Positions 40,182 through 50,700 of a stretch of DNA of 64,000 nucleotides are shown here, piece by piece. A program made the position numbers and the translations under genes. The notes under the pieces are model-generated. The model did not search any database. It was given only the letters and a program-made list of their open reading frames with translations, and had not been told where the DNA came from. Location of the stretch: assembly GCA_964547485.1 (NCBI GenBank), contig CAZJNU010000006.1, forward strand, positions 1,863-65,862, read 5' to 3'. The stretch's first letter is position 1, and each line of letters opens with the position of its first letter. The stretch comes from an uncultured Actinomycetes bacterium (GTDB taxonomy: Bacteria; Actinomycetota; Actinomycetes; S36-B12; UBA10799).

Positions 40182-42548
40182 GTGGCAAATAGATCACTGT
40201 TCACACGGGGAAGCTCCAGCGACTGGCCACGAGCAGTTCGACTGCTTCCGTTGGCCGCGGCGATCGCCTCCTACGTCTTGATCGTCTTTGGCAGTCATGT
40301 CCGCGTCAGCGAATCGGGGATGGGGTGCCCCGACTGGCCACTGTGCTACGGCCAGCCAGGGCCAATCCTGGAGTTTCACGCCTTGATGGAACAGGGACAT
40401 CGCTATCTAGCAGCCGTGGTCTCACTGTTGGTGCTGGTAACCGCAGTCCTGGCGTTCTGGTATCGACGTTCACGCCCGGCAGCGGTTCGGCCAGCGATGT
40501 TCACGGTGGTCATGCTGGGTGTTCAGGTACTGCTCGGGGCCGTCACAGTGTTCGCCGGCAATGGGTCGCCGACGGTGGCTCTGCACCTCATCGGGGGCCT
40601 TTCGCTGCTGGCCGGGGCCACGGTCACGGCGCTCTGTGTGTTCCTCCCCAAGGTCCAAGTCGCCGGTGCTCGGCTGCGTCGGCTGGCGTGGGCCGGTGTT
40701 GCGGCAGTGGCACTGCTCGTTACCTCAGGGTCGTTGATCGTCGACGCTGCGGTCGAGGGTCTGTGCCCCAGCATTCCGTTCTGTCCGGCGGGCAGCTCTG
40801 GGGCCGAGACAATGCTGCATGTGGGCCACCGCAGCGTGGCGTTGGTGACCGGGGTGGTGGTCTGGGCGCTCGCGATCCACGCCTGGCGACAGTGGTCCGG
40901 GGTGCGCGGGGCCCGCCCACTGGCGGTCCTTTCCGCGGGCATGATCCTCCTCACCGCCGCAATCGGCGTCACCTCTGCCCTACTGATGGCACCCCCGGAA
41001 TGGGCAGACCTTCACCTGGCAGGTGCCGCTGCGGTGCTGGTGAGCGTCGTGAGTCTGACGACACTCGGCTGGCTGTCGGGGGCAGACGCTGTCGGTGATG
41101 GCACCGGAGGGCGGGGTGACCAAATCGTGGCAGCCTCGCCCGACGACCACCGCCCGGCCACCTCCAGGACCAGGGTTCGCGATGGTGTGCTGGTGTCTGC
41201 GCTCACGGTCGTCCTTGTTGCCATCGGCTACCTCATGGGGGCCCAGCAGGGAGCAGCCAATCCCTCCGATCCCGAGGCCGGGTCCGCCAGCGCTGCCGTG
41301 ACTCCAACCGGTCACACGACCATGGCGGAGGTCACGATCGAGGATATGCGTTTCGTCCCCGATCTGATCGAGGTGCCAGCGGGGGACACACTAGAGATTC
41401 GGCTGGCCAACCACGACGATCGCGACCATGACCTCGTACTGGACTCGGGTCAACGAACGGCCCGGCTGGCCACCGGAAGCACCGAGACCCTCAGCGTCGG
41501 AGTTGTGACGGACCCGATTGAAGGGTGGTGTTCGATTGCTGGCCACCGATGGCTGGGAATGGCACTGAAAGTGGCAGTCATCGGAGGTTCGCCACCCAGT
41601 GATGCCGACTCCGAGGCACCCCACGGTTCCGGATCCCACAAGATGCCGATGGCCACGGCTTCGGGGGATGAGGTTGGTGACCTGGATCTGATGGCCTCGC
41701 CTGAGGCGACTTTTGCCGCGCACAATCCGGCACTCGCGCCGTCCACTCGGCAAGCAGTACACAGGGTCCGGCTTCCGGTGACCCAGCGTGAGTACGAGGT
41801 CGCCCCCGGGGTGCGACAGACACGCTGGACGTTCGCCGGGTCGGCACCGGGGCCGACACTTCGCGGAAGGGTGGGCGACAAATTCGAAATCACACTGATC
41901 AACCGAGGCGACATCGGGCATTCGATCGACTTCCACGCCGGCGCGCTTGCCCCGGATCGTCCAATGCGCACCATCGAGCCCGGACAGGAATTGCGCTACA
42001 ACTTCACCGCCACCAAGGCAGGAATCTGGCTCTACCACTGTTCAACCATGCCAATGTCGATGCATATCGCCAATGGCATGTTCGGTGCGGTGATAATCGA
42101 CCCGCCTGACCTTCCGGAGGTCGACAAGGAGTTTCTGCTGGTGCAATCCGAGTTGTACCTTGGACCGCAAGACGGCACCGCAGACCCGTCCGACATCGCT
42201 TCTGAACACCCTGATCTGGTGGTGTTCAACGGGTACGCCAATCAATATGACCATCGGCCGTTGCAGGTGGGCAGAGGCGAGCGGATCCGCATCTGGGTAC
42301 TGGCAGCCGGACCGAACCGGGGCAGTGCTTTTCACATCGTGGGCGGTCAGTTCGACACGGTCTACGCCGAAGGCAGCTACCTGCTGCGCCCAGGCACTTC
42401 CGTCGGCGGTTCGCAGGTGCTCGGATTGGCCACAGCTCAAGGCGGGTTCGTCGAAACCACCTTGCCCGAACCCGGCAGGTACCCGTTTGTGTCGCACACC
42501 ATGGCCGATGCCGAACGAGGAGCCCACGGGGCGGTGGTGGTCCGATGA
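40182..42548 (+). CDS. fusion protein: COX15/CtaA-like polytopic heme-binding membrane domain, cupredoxin domain, and NirK-like two-domain multicopper nitrite reductase
   Basis: N-terminus GSHVRVSESGMGCPDWPLCYGQ plus repeated His in TM helices (GHRYL, ALHLIGG, HVGHRS, DLHLAG). Middle VTIEDMRFVPDLIEVPAGDTLEIRLANHD. C-terminus GHSIDFHAG and LYHCSTMPMSMHIANGMFGAVIIDP (type 1/type 2 Cu ligand pattern of NirK). The GTG at 40182 avoids overlap with the divergent hydrolase gene. Confidence 0.8.
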   Translation: MANRSLFTRGSSSDWPRAVRLLPLAAAIASYVLIVFGSHVRVSESGMGCPDWPLCYGQPGPILEFHALMEQGHRYLAAVVSLLVLVTAVLAFWYRRSRPAAVRPAMFTVVMLGVQVLLGAVTVFAGNGSPTVALHLIGGLSLLAGATVTALCVFLPKVQVAGARLRRLAWAGVAAVALLVTSGSLIVDAAVEGLCPSIPFCPAGSSGAETMLHVGHRSVALVTGVVVWALAIHAWRQWSGVRGARPLAVLSAGMILLTAAIGVTSALLMAPPEWADLHLAGAAAVLVSVVSLTTLGWLSGADAVGDGTGGRGDQIVAASPDDHRPATSRTRVRDGVLVSALTVVLVAIGYLMGAQQGAANPSDPEAGSASAAVTPTGHTTMAEVTIEDMRFVPDLIEVPAGDTLEIRLANHDDRDHDLVLDSGQRTARLATGSTETLSVGVVTDPIEGWCSIAGHRWLGMALKVAVIGGSPPSDADSEAPHGSGSHKMPMATASGDEVGDLDLMASPEATFAAHNPALAPSTRQAVHRVRLPVTQREYEVAPGVRQTRWTFAGSAPGPTLRGRVGDKFEITLINRGDIGHSIDFHAGALAPDRPMRTIEPGQELRYNFTATKAGIWLYHCSTMPMSMHIANGMFGAVIIDPPDLPEVDKEFLLVQSELYLGPQDGTADPSDIASEHPDLVVFNGYANQYDHRPLQVGRGERIRIWVLAAGPNRGSAFHIVGGQFDTVYAEGSYLLRPGTSVGGSQVLGLATAQGGFVETTLPEPGRYPFVSHTMADAERGAHGAVVVR

Positions 42549-44011
42549 GACGGGGCTCCACGACTGTCGAGACCGTGGGGGTGATCGGTGCCGGCGTCGC
42601 GGGCCTCGCCGCGGCTGGGGTGCTGGCTCGGCAGGGATTCAAGGTCGAGGTCTTCGAAGCAAATGACAAAATCGGCGGTTGCTGCTCGACGACCGAAATC
42701 GGGGGCTTCACGTTCAATGACGGCGCCCTGTACCTGGCTTTGCCAGCCCTGCTTGACCGCACTTTCGAGGCGGTTGGGTTGGATCGGCGATCTGCTCTTC
42801 CGCTGCGACGGATCACGGCGCCACAAACCACTGTCCTGCCCACTGGTGATCGCGTCACCTTCGGTGATGGTCGACGTATCACGGTTCAGCGAGCTCGAGG
42901 AACGATCGACGAGCTACTGCTGGAGCGTGAACTTGACCGAATGATGTCGCGCTGGGAACCAGCATTGCGCCTGCTCACTGATGAGATCCTGGCCGAGCCG
43001 CTCTCCCTCCCGCGCGCCCTGGCCAAAGGGTGGCGGCAGTTGCCCAAGTTTCGCGGGACAGTGGCCGCCGAGCTGAATCGTCTTTTCAGCGACGACGCCG
43101 TTCGGGCGGCGATGTCAGGAGTCCTGTTGTACACCGGAATCCCCCCACAGCAGCAACCCGTCATCTCCATCCTTGGTCTTGTCACGTTGTTCAGCGACGG
43201 CTTTCATCTGCCGGAGGGTGGCATGGGACAAGTGCCCAAGGCCTTAGGTGACGCCGTCCGCATCGGCGGGGGGAAGATTCACCTCAACAGCCGAATCGAC
43301 CGGATTGCCGTCAGCGGAGATCGTGTCCGAGGCCTGCGCCTTCGAGGTCAGGAACTGGTCGAACTGGATGCAGTCGTCTCCACCGCCAGTGGAATGTTGA
43401 CGTTCGGCTCGTTGCTGAGCCCGACGGATTCGCCCCGAAGGTTGGCGCGCAAGGCCGAACGGGCGCAACTTTCGCATAGCGCGTTTTCGGTCCAACTTGG
43501 TCTGCGGAACAAGATCAACACACCCAGTCACTCGAATTGCCAGTTGCCGTTGATGGAGCGGCAAGGCGACGTTTTCAGCCCGTGCGACGACGGCGTGAAG
43601 TGGCTTGTCTACGACACGCCGACGGTGACCCTGCCGGAATTGTCGCTCACGGGCGGCAGCATCATCGAGATGTACCCGCCGGTGCAGCGGGGTCTCCCCA
43701 TCGATGACTGGACCGATTCGCGCGACGCCCACATTGTCGACAAAGCCTTGGAAGCACTGTCACGAGTCCACGATCTGGATGTCGCCGTGACCCGGGTAAC
43801 CAGTCCGAAGGGCTTTCAGGACAGACTCAATCTGTATCGCGGGGCGGTGTACGGATTGTCCCCGCAGGTCGCACCGTGGAACCATTTTCCCCACCGCACT
43901 GCTATCCGGGGCTTGTATCAGAGCGGCCAGACAACGTACCCGGGATATAGCGTCGGACGATCAGCCATCTCTGGCGTCCTGGCCGCCGAAGCACTTATAC
44001 AGGACCAGTGA
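42545..44011 (+). CDS. FAD/NAD(P)-binding oxidoreductase (phytoene-desaturase/CrtI-like family)
   Basis: VGVIGAGVAGLAAAGVLARQGFKVEVFEANDKIGG dinucleotide-binding motif. The start overlaps the stop of the NirK fusion gene (ATGA). Confidence 0.8.
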   Translation: MRRGSTTVETVGVIGAGVAGLAAAGVLARQGFKVEVFEANDKIGGCCSTTEIGGFTFNDGALYLALPALLDRTFEAVGLDRRSALPLRRITAPQTTVLPTGDRVTFGDGRRITVQRARGTIDELLLERELDRMMSRWEPALRLLTDEILAEPLSLPRALAKGWRQLPKFRGTVAAELNRLFSDDAVRAAMSGVLLYTGIPPQQQPVISILGLVTLFSDGFHLPEGGMGQVPKALGDAVRIGGGKIHLNSRIDRIAVSGDRVRGLRLRGQELVELDAVVSTASGMLTFGSLLSPTDSPRRLARKAERAQLSHSAFSVQLGLRNKINTPSHSNCQLPLMERQGDVFSPCDDGVKWLVYDTPTVTLPELSLTGGSIIEMYPPVQRGLPIDDWTDSRDAHIVDKALEALSRVHDLDVAVTRVTSPKGFQDRLNLYRGAVYGLSPQVAPWNHFPHRTAIRGLYQSGQTTYPGYSVGRSAISGVLAAEALIQDQ

Positions 44012-44057
44012 CACCCGGCGCCGACCCTGCGGACTCACCCTGCAGCAGGGCAACCGG

Positions 44058-44696
44058 CTACCGCCGCGGCGCCCAAAGCGGGTAAGGCAAACCTGCGAGG
44101 CGGTTGATCGCCAGCCCTTCCAGGATCATCAGCACCACCGCGATCATCAGGATCAGCAACTGCTCCGGGGTCCGCATCAGGCCGAGGGCCACGATCAGGG
44201 TCGTCGCGCCTGCCGGCGCGTGCGGCACCCCCAGCCAGACCATGAACGACAGGGTCAGGCACAGTGCGACGGTGGCAGCCCCCACCCGAGGCCAGGTGAC
44301 ATCCTCGAGGTCCGGTGCCACCGTCGTCAGTCCAAAGATGAGTAGAGCCAGAAAGCCCGCGACCACCCCGATCAGATGCCCGCAGAAGACGTTGCGAGGG
44401 GCCGCCTGATCACCGAGCGCGGCGAAGAAGAGCAGGAATGCGGTGGGCCCGAGTGACGGGAACACGAAAGGCTGGTCGGTTACCGCCGCGATGCTGGAGA
44501 GCACGGCGATGGAGATTGCGGAGTTGATCAGAACATAGGCGCCGAGTACGATCCGGTTGTTGTGCCGCGTTTGCAGCCCCTTGAGGCCGAACCGGGTGGC
44601 CAGTCCGTGTACCTGTGCTGGCAGGTCGCCGTAGGGTCCTCGAGGTTCGCCGCCAGCTACTCCGGACGCCTCGATCCGAGCCTGCTCATTCGTCAT
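44058..44696 (-). CDS. HPP-family integral membrane protein
   Basis: Polytopic, with FPSLGPTAFLLF and VPHAPAGATTLIVALG (HPP-like motif). Lies 25 nt downstream of narI on the same strand. Confidence 0.68.
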   Translation of the reverse strand: MTNEQARIEASGVAGGEPRGPYGDLPAQVHGLATRFGLKGLQTRHNNRIVLGAYVLINSAISIAVLSSIAAVTDQPFVFPSLGPTAFLLFFAALGDQAAPRNVFCGHLIGVVAGFLALLIFGLTTVAPDLEDVTWPRVGAATVALCLTLSFMVWLGVPHAPAGATTLIVALGLMRTPEQLLILMIAVVLMILEGLAINRLAGLPYPLWAPRR

Positions 44697-44721
44697 CGGT
44701 GATCCTTTCGCTGCGGCGGAA

Positions 44722-45474
44722 TCAGTCTCGACCGATCGTCTGCCAACGCCGGGACGTTCCCGGATTGGGGATGTGAGCAGCTGCCCTGCTCCGGTAGACG
44801 ATGTACGGCCGGGTCAGATAGAACACGGGGGCACTGAAGGCGTGCACCAACCGCCCCCAGGGGAAGAGCGCGAAGAAGAGCCAGGCGATGGTCACGTGGA
44901 CCTGATAGATCGTCGGCGCACCGACCATCAGCGAAGGGTCCGGCTGAAGGTAGAACAGGCTGCGGAACCATTCACCGACCGTCGGACGGTAGTTGTAGCC
45001 GGGACCGAAGATGTTGTAGCCCACGGTCTCGGCCATTCCCAGCAGGATCATGATCCACAGGATTATGAAGGTCATCAGGTCGGTCCAGGTGGTGGCGCTG
45101 CGCACTCGGGGATTGTGGAGTCGGCGCGCGGTGAGTATCGCCAGCCCGGCCACGCACAGCACCACCGCGAATCCGCCCGCATACTTCGACACGGAGGCGT
45201 ATAGGGATTCGTTGATACCGAAGAACTCAGTCCAGGATTCGGGTATCAAGATGCCGAGCACATGCCCGGCGATTGCCAGCAGCGCGCCGTAGTGGAACAT
45301 CATCGCGCCGATGATGAGCCACTTCTTTTCATACAGTTCCGAGGACCGGCTGCCCCATCCGTACTTGTCGAACCGATATCGCCACACCAGCCCGACGACG
45401 AAAACGGAAATCCCGATGTAGGGCAGGATTCCGAAGAGCAACCAGTCCCAGGTGCTTGCGGTGGAATCGGTCAT
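44722..45474 (-). CDS. narI: respiratory nitrate reductase gamma subunit
   Basis: WDWLLFGILPYIGISVFVVGLVWRYRFDKYGW...MMFHYGALLAIAGHVLG, 250 aa. Confidence 0.93.
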   Translation of the reverse strand: MTDSTASTWDWLLFGILPYIGISVFVVGLVWRYRFDKYGWGSRSSELYEKKWLIIGAMMFHYGALLAIAGHVLGILIPESWTEFFGINESLYASVSKYAGGFAVVLCVAGLAILTARRLHNPRVRSATTWTDLMTFIILWIMILLGMAETVGYNIFGPGYNYRPTVGEWFRSLFYLQPDPSLMVGAPTIYQVHVTIAWLFFALFPWGRLVHAFSAPVFYLTRPYIVYRSRAAAHIPNPGTSRRWQTIGRD

Positions 45475-46130
45475 CTGCGGGCCCCGCTCACGCTGGCGTT
45501 CTCAATCTGGTACACGTCCAACCCAACCGACTCCTCGGGCGGGCCCTCAGCGGCCAGCGACACCACTGCGGCAAGATCGGCGTCGTCGAGTCGGGGTAGC
45601 ACGGCGAGTACGGCAGCGATCAACGGCGCGAAAGGGTCGTCGAAATCGGCCAGGGAGCGACGCAACAGTTCCAATGACCGCCGATGTGATCCCAGCAACC
45701 GGATCCCGCGGGGTTCGTCGGCCGCGAACTCCAACAGCAGCGGAAGGTAGTCCGGGAGTTCCCCGCTGCTGATGTCGTAACCGTGTCGTAGGAGTACATG
45801 TTTGATCTGCAGGAGCGCGGCCCCCCGATTGCGGGTATCGCCATGAGTGAGGTACGTCAGATGCAGGGGAGTTCTGCGTCGGAAGTCGAACGCGGCGACG
45901 TAACGTTGTTCGCGCTCGTCGGCGGGTAGTGCGACCCACCAAACCGTAAATGATGTAAGGGCATCGGCGGCGCCCCCGGCAGGCAATTGCCGTGACCGAA
46001 CAATCAGATCGGGGTAGAGCGCGACCGTGTCCGGCGTCGGGTAATCCAGCAAGACCGAAACGATCGACAACAGCGTGGATGTTCCCGCCGGGTCGAGTGA
46101 TCGCCGGGAGGACCTGCGCAGGATGCTCAT
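45471..46130 (-). CDS. narJ: nitrate reductase molybdenum cofactor assembly chaperone
   Basis: Position between narH and narI. The ATG at 46130 overlaps the narH stop. LLDYPTPD...YVAAFDFRRRTPLHLTY pattern. Confidence 0.85.
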   Translation of the reverse strand: MSILRRSSRRSLDPAGTSTLLSIVSVLLDYPTPDTVALYPDLIVRSRQLPAGGAADALTSFTVWWVALPADEREQRYVAAFDFRRRTPLHLTYLTHGDTRNRGAALLQIKHVLLRHGYDISSGELPDYLPLLLEFAADEPRGIRLLGSHRRSLELLRRSLADFDDPFAPLIAAVLAVLPRLDDADLAAVVSLAAEGPPEESVGLDVYQIENASVSGARR

Positions 46131-47767
46131 AACGCACCTGCCTGACCGAACGGGTTGCCCGTGGTCAGCTCGCCGTTCCACCCGAGCAGGTTGAACCGTT
46201 TGTTGCCGTCCCCGTCGACAAAGATGCTGCCACTGCCGTCTGTCGCCGGGATTCCTCCGGAACCCAACCCGCGAAACTCTGCGCCCTGACCCTGCCCGAC
46301 GAGTGCTTCGGCGACTCCGGGGCCGCCAGGGAAGTCCAGGCTGCAGTGCTGCGTCTGCAGTGCACCGGCGTCCTCGCGGTGAGCGGTCGGGATGACGTAT
46401 CGGTCTCGGTACTCGCCCACCGCCAGCAGTCGGAACAACTTCTCAACGTCATCGTCATCGAATCCGACGGCAGCGAGGAGGTCGTCGGGCACATCCTCAC
46501 CGAACTGCATGGCCCGCTTGACTGCCCGCAGCACCGTAAGTCTCCGCAGAGCGTCGCGCACCGGAGCCGCATTTCCGGCCGAGAAGATCGAAGCGAGGTA
46601 GTCGATGGGAATTCGCAGATTCTCGATCCCCGCCAGCACCTTCTGGGTGTCGTCGGCATCGAAACCGGCATCGGCGGCATTATCGGCCATTGGAGCAAGC
46701 GGAGGGACGTACCAGACCATCGGCATCGTGCGGAACTCGGGATGCAGCGGAAGCGCCACCCGCAAATCCTTGGCCAAAGCGTAAACCGGTGAGTTCTGAG
46801 CCGCCTGCAACCAGTCGAACGGCACGCCACTGCGCTCTGCGGCACGGAGGACCTCTGGGTCGCGCGGATCCAACATTACGCGTCGATGGGCCTCGACGAG
46901 GTCGTGCGCCTCAGGGGTCTGGGCCGCGGCCGTCACCGCGTCCACGTCATACAGGACCACGCCGATGTAACGGATACGGCCGACGCAGGTCTCCGAACAA
47001 ATGGTTGGCTGACCATCCTCGATCCGGGGGTAGCAGAACGTGCACTTCTCGGCCTTGCCGCTGACGTGGTTGAAGTAGACCTTCTTGTAGGGGCAGCCCG
47101 ACACGCACATCCGCCAGCCGCGACAGGCATTCTGATCGACCAGCACGATCCCGTCCTCGACGCGTTTGTACATGGCGCCCGAGGGGCAGGAGGCGACACA
47201 TGCCGGGTTAAGGCAGTGGTTGCAGATCCGGGGGAGGTAGAACATGAACACTTGCTCATACTCAAGCTGCGCCTGCTGTCCCAGGGAGGCTGCGTTCGGG
47301 TCCTGCTGGAAGCGCTCGTTGGTGCCGGCGAGGTTGTCATCCCAGTTGGGTCCCCAGGTGAGCTTCAACGGCTCTCCGGTCAACCGGGATCGGGATTGGA
47401 CGACGGGGGAGTGTTCCTGCAGCGGAGCACTGACCAGGTTGGCGTATTCGTAGGTCCACGGCTCATAGTAGTCGTCGATTTGAGGCAGGTCGGGATTGCC
47501 GAAGATGCTGAGCAGTTTGCGGATTCGGCCGCCGGCCTTGAGTTTGAGTCGGCCCTTGCCGTCCAGGGCCCAGCCGCCCTTCCAGTGTTCGTTGTCCTCC
47601 CACCGCTTGGGATAGCCGACCCCAGGTTTGGTCTCAACGTTGTTGAACCACACGTAGTCGGTACCCGAACGGTTGGTCCATGCTTGTTTGCAGGTGACGC
47701 TGCAGGTGTGGCACCCGATGCATTTGTCCAGCGCCATCACCATCATCAGTTGCGCCCGCACCCGCAT
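46127..47767 (-). CDS. narH: respiratory nitrate reductase beta subunit
   Basis: MALDKCIGCHTCSVTCK and further Fe-S Cys clusters, 546 aa. Confidence 0.97.
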   Translation of the reverse strand: MRVRAQLMMVMALDKCIGCHTCSVTCKQAWTNRSGTDYVWFNNVETKPGVGYPKRWEDNEHWKGGWALDGKGRLKLKAGGRIRKLLSIFGNPDLPQIDDYYEPWTYEYANLVSAPLQEHSPVVQSRSRLTGEPLKLTWGPNWDDNLAGTNERFQQDPNAASLGQQAQLEYEQVFMFYLPRICNHCLNPACVASCPSGAMYKRVEDGIVLVDQNACRGWRMCVSGCPYKKVYFNHVSGKAEKCTFCYPRIEDGQPTICSETCVGRIRYIGVVLYDVDAVTAAAQTPEAHDLVEAHRRVMLDPRDPEVLRAAERSGVPFDWLQAAQNSPVYALAKDLRVALPLHPEFRTMPMVWYVPPLAPMADNAADAGFDADDTQKVLAGIENLRIPIDYLASIFSAGNAAPVRDALRRLTVLRAVKRAMQFGEDVPDDLLAAVGFDDDDVEKLFRLLAVGEYRDRYVIPTAHREDAGALQTQHCSLDFPGGPGVAEALVGQGQGAEFRGLGSGGIPATDGSGSIFVDGDGNKRFNLLGWNGELTTGNPFGQAGAL

Positions 47768-50700
47768 CAGTACTGCACCTCCTGCGACCGCCGCCGCAGC
47801 ACCGCAACCTCATCGCGTTGAGATCCTGTGCAGCCGTAGTAGTTGAAGCCGTAGGACAACTGGCCATAACCACCGATCATGTGAGTGGGTTTGAGCAATG
47901 CCCGGGTCAGACTGTTCTCGGTACCGCCCCGTCGACCAGTGCGTTCGGTCAGCGGCGTTTGCACCTGTCTGTCCTTGGCGTGATAGACGTACACCAAACC
48001 CTTCGGCATCCGCGGAGACACTGCGGCCACACCGTCGATCACGCCGTTGCGATTCCACACCTCGGCCCACTCCCCGTCTCGTAGCCCGATCTCGGCCGCA
48101 TCCTCGACACTGACCCAGACTGTCGGCCCGCCCCGGAACAGGGTGAGCATCAATAGATCGTCCTGGTATTCGGAGTGGATACTCCACTTACTGTGCGGAG
48201 TTAAGTACCGCACCGCAATACTGCCCTCGTCGAGGTCGTGCACCTGTGAGTACTTCGCCATCATGTTCAGCGGTGGTCGGTAGATCGGCAGCATCTCCCC
48301 GTACTCCTTCATCCACTCGTGGTCCAAGAAGAACGAGATCCTGCCCGTCAACGTGCGCCAGGGCAGCGCCTTGGCCACGTTGACGGCGTAACCCGTGTAT
48401 GCCTTTTGCGCTGATACGTCACCGGTCCAATCGGGCGAGTTGATGACCTGTTGCGGGCGTTGGCTGACATCGTCCCAAGTGATCCGAATGTCGCTTTGCC
48501 CTGCCACCAGGTCGGTCAGGTCCAACCCGGAAACCGACTCGGCATCGCGCCAGAGGTCCAGCGCGACCGCACCGTTGGTGGCACCGGAGAGCGCCAGCAT
48601 TGCCTCCGCGCAGTGTTGATCCGTCGTCAACTGCGGTCGTCCCGCCGCTGGCCCGGTAGCCACGGTGCCGTTCTTCTCTGCCAGCCAGGCGACCTGTTCG
48701 GTCGGGACGCTGTGGTAATCCTTGGCCGTCACACCGGCGGTCTCGACCCTGGGTCCGAGGGCTTGCCACTTGGCATGCACCGCTGCGTAGTCGCGTTCAA
48801 CGACTACCAGCTTCGGCGCATTCACACCAGGGATCGGCCGACTACCGCTGACGCGCCAGTCATCCACCCGTCCGTGCGGAACGGACAGTTCGCCGGCGGA
48901 GTCATGCGCGATGGACACGGCGACGATGTCTTGGCGAACCCCCAGGTGCTTGGCCGCCAGCTCACTGAATGACTCCGCGATCGCGCTGAAAGCGTCCCAA
49001 TCGCTGCGTGATTCCCAGGGCGGGTCGATCGCCTTGTTGAACGAGTGCACGAACGGATGCAGATCGGTACACGATAGGTCGAACTTCTCGTACCAGGTCG
49101 CCGCCGGGAATACGACGTCGGCGAAGTTGGCGGTACTGGTCATCCGGAAGTCAAAGTTGACCAGCAGGTCGAGTTTTCCGATGGGCGCCTGATCTCGCCA
49201 GATGACCTCCTGCGGCCGACGATCCGGCTCGGTCTCGCTGGCGTCCGCGTTCGCGGCGCCTCCCAACAGGTGACGGATGAAGAACTCATGACCCTTACCC
49301 GAGCCGCCAAGGATATTGCTGCGCCACACCATCAACAGCCGCGGAAAGTTCACCGGGTCATCTGGATCCTCGACGCTGAACCGCAACGAACCGTCCGCCA
49401 GCCGATCGACGACATGTTCGGCTGGTTCCTTGCCTAGCGCCCTGGCTTCGTCCGCTAGATCGAGGGGGTTCGCCGCAAAGGTGGGGTAGGTCACCTGCCA
49501 ACCAAGTCGAACAGCCACGTTGAGGCAGTCCATGAAGGATCGCCCTTCGAACCTGCCATCACCCAGGGGAGAGGCGAGGTCGTCGGCTTGCCACACCTCG
49601 TAGCGCCACTGGTCGGTTGCCGTGTAGTAGTACGCCGTGCCGTTGCACTGTCGCGGCGGCGCGCTCCAGTCCAAGGCGTGCGAGAGGGTCACCCAGCCGC
49701 CGAAGGGTCGGATGGCCTCTTGCCCCACATAGTGGTTCATGCCGCCGCCATTGCGTCCGACGGTTCCGCAGGTAATCAGCAACGTCAGGATCGATCGGTA
49801 CACGGTGTCGGAGTTGAACCAATGGTTGATGCCGGCGCCCATGATGGCCATAGCCCGACCCTCGGTCTTCTCCGCCGCGGTGGCGAATTCCCGCGCGATC
49901 CTGATGCACAGCGCTGCATCGATCCCGGTGATGTCCTCCTGCCAAGCTGGCGTATACGGTTCGGTTGCGTCCTCGTAGCCCGTGGGCCAAGTACCTGGCA
50001 TATCCGGGCGTTCGACACCGTAGTGAGCGAGCATGAGATCGAACACAGTGGTCACCGGAACGCCGTCGACGTCGATCACGGGGACGCCGCGCCGCACTAC
50101 CCCGGCCGGTTCCTGGTCGAAGCGCGGGAAGAGTACCTCCGCCGTTCCGGTGCCGTGCTTCGCCATGCTCATCGCGGGCACAAGATCGTCGAGCCGAAGG
50201 TTCCAGGTGCCCCGATCCGAGTCGGCGTACTTGGCTGCCATAACACCGGGCGGACTGACGATCGTCGCAGTCGCTTCGTCGAAGATGACCGGTCGGAAGG
50301 CGGCCAGTTCAGGTTGCTCGCCCAAATCGGACACCGTCATCATCCGATCTGGCACGTACCCGCCCCTGGGGCTCTCTGCCAGCCGCACGAGAAACGGCAG
50401 ATCTGTGAAGGTGCGGCAGTACTCAGTGAAATAGGGCGACTGCCGGTCGACGTGGAACTCCTTCAGGACCACGTGCCCCATGGCCATGGCCAGAGCGCCG
50501 TCACTTCCCGGTGCCACCGGCAGCCAATGGTCGGCGAACTTCGCATGCTCGGCGTAATCCGGGGCAACCACCACCACCTTCTCTCCGTGGTAGCGGGATT
50601 CGGCAAGGAAGTGCGCATCAGGTGTTCGCGTCACGGGCACGTTGGAGCCCCAGACGAGCACGTACGACGAATTCCACCAGTCCCGAGCTTCGGCAACATC

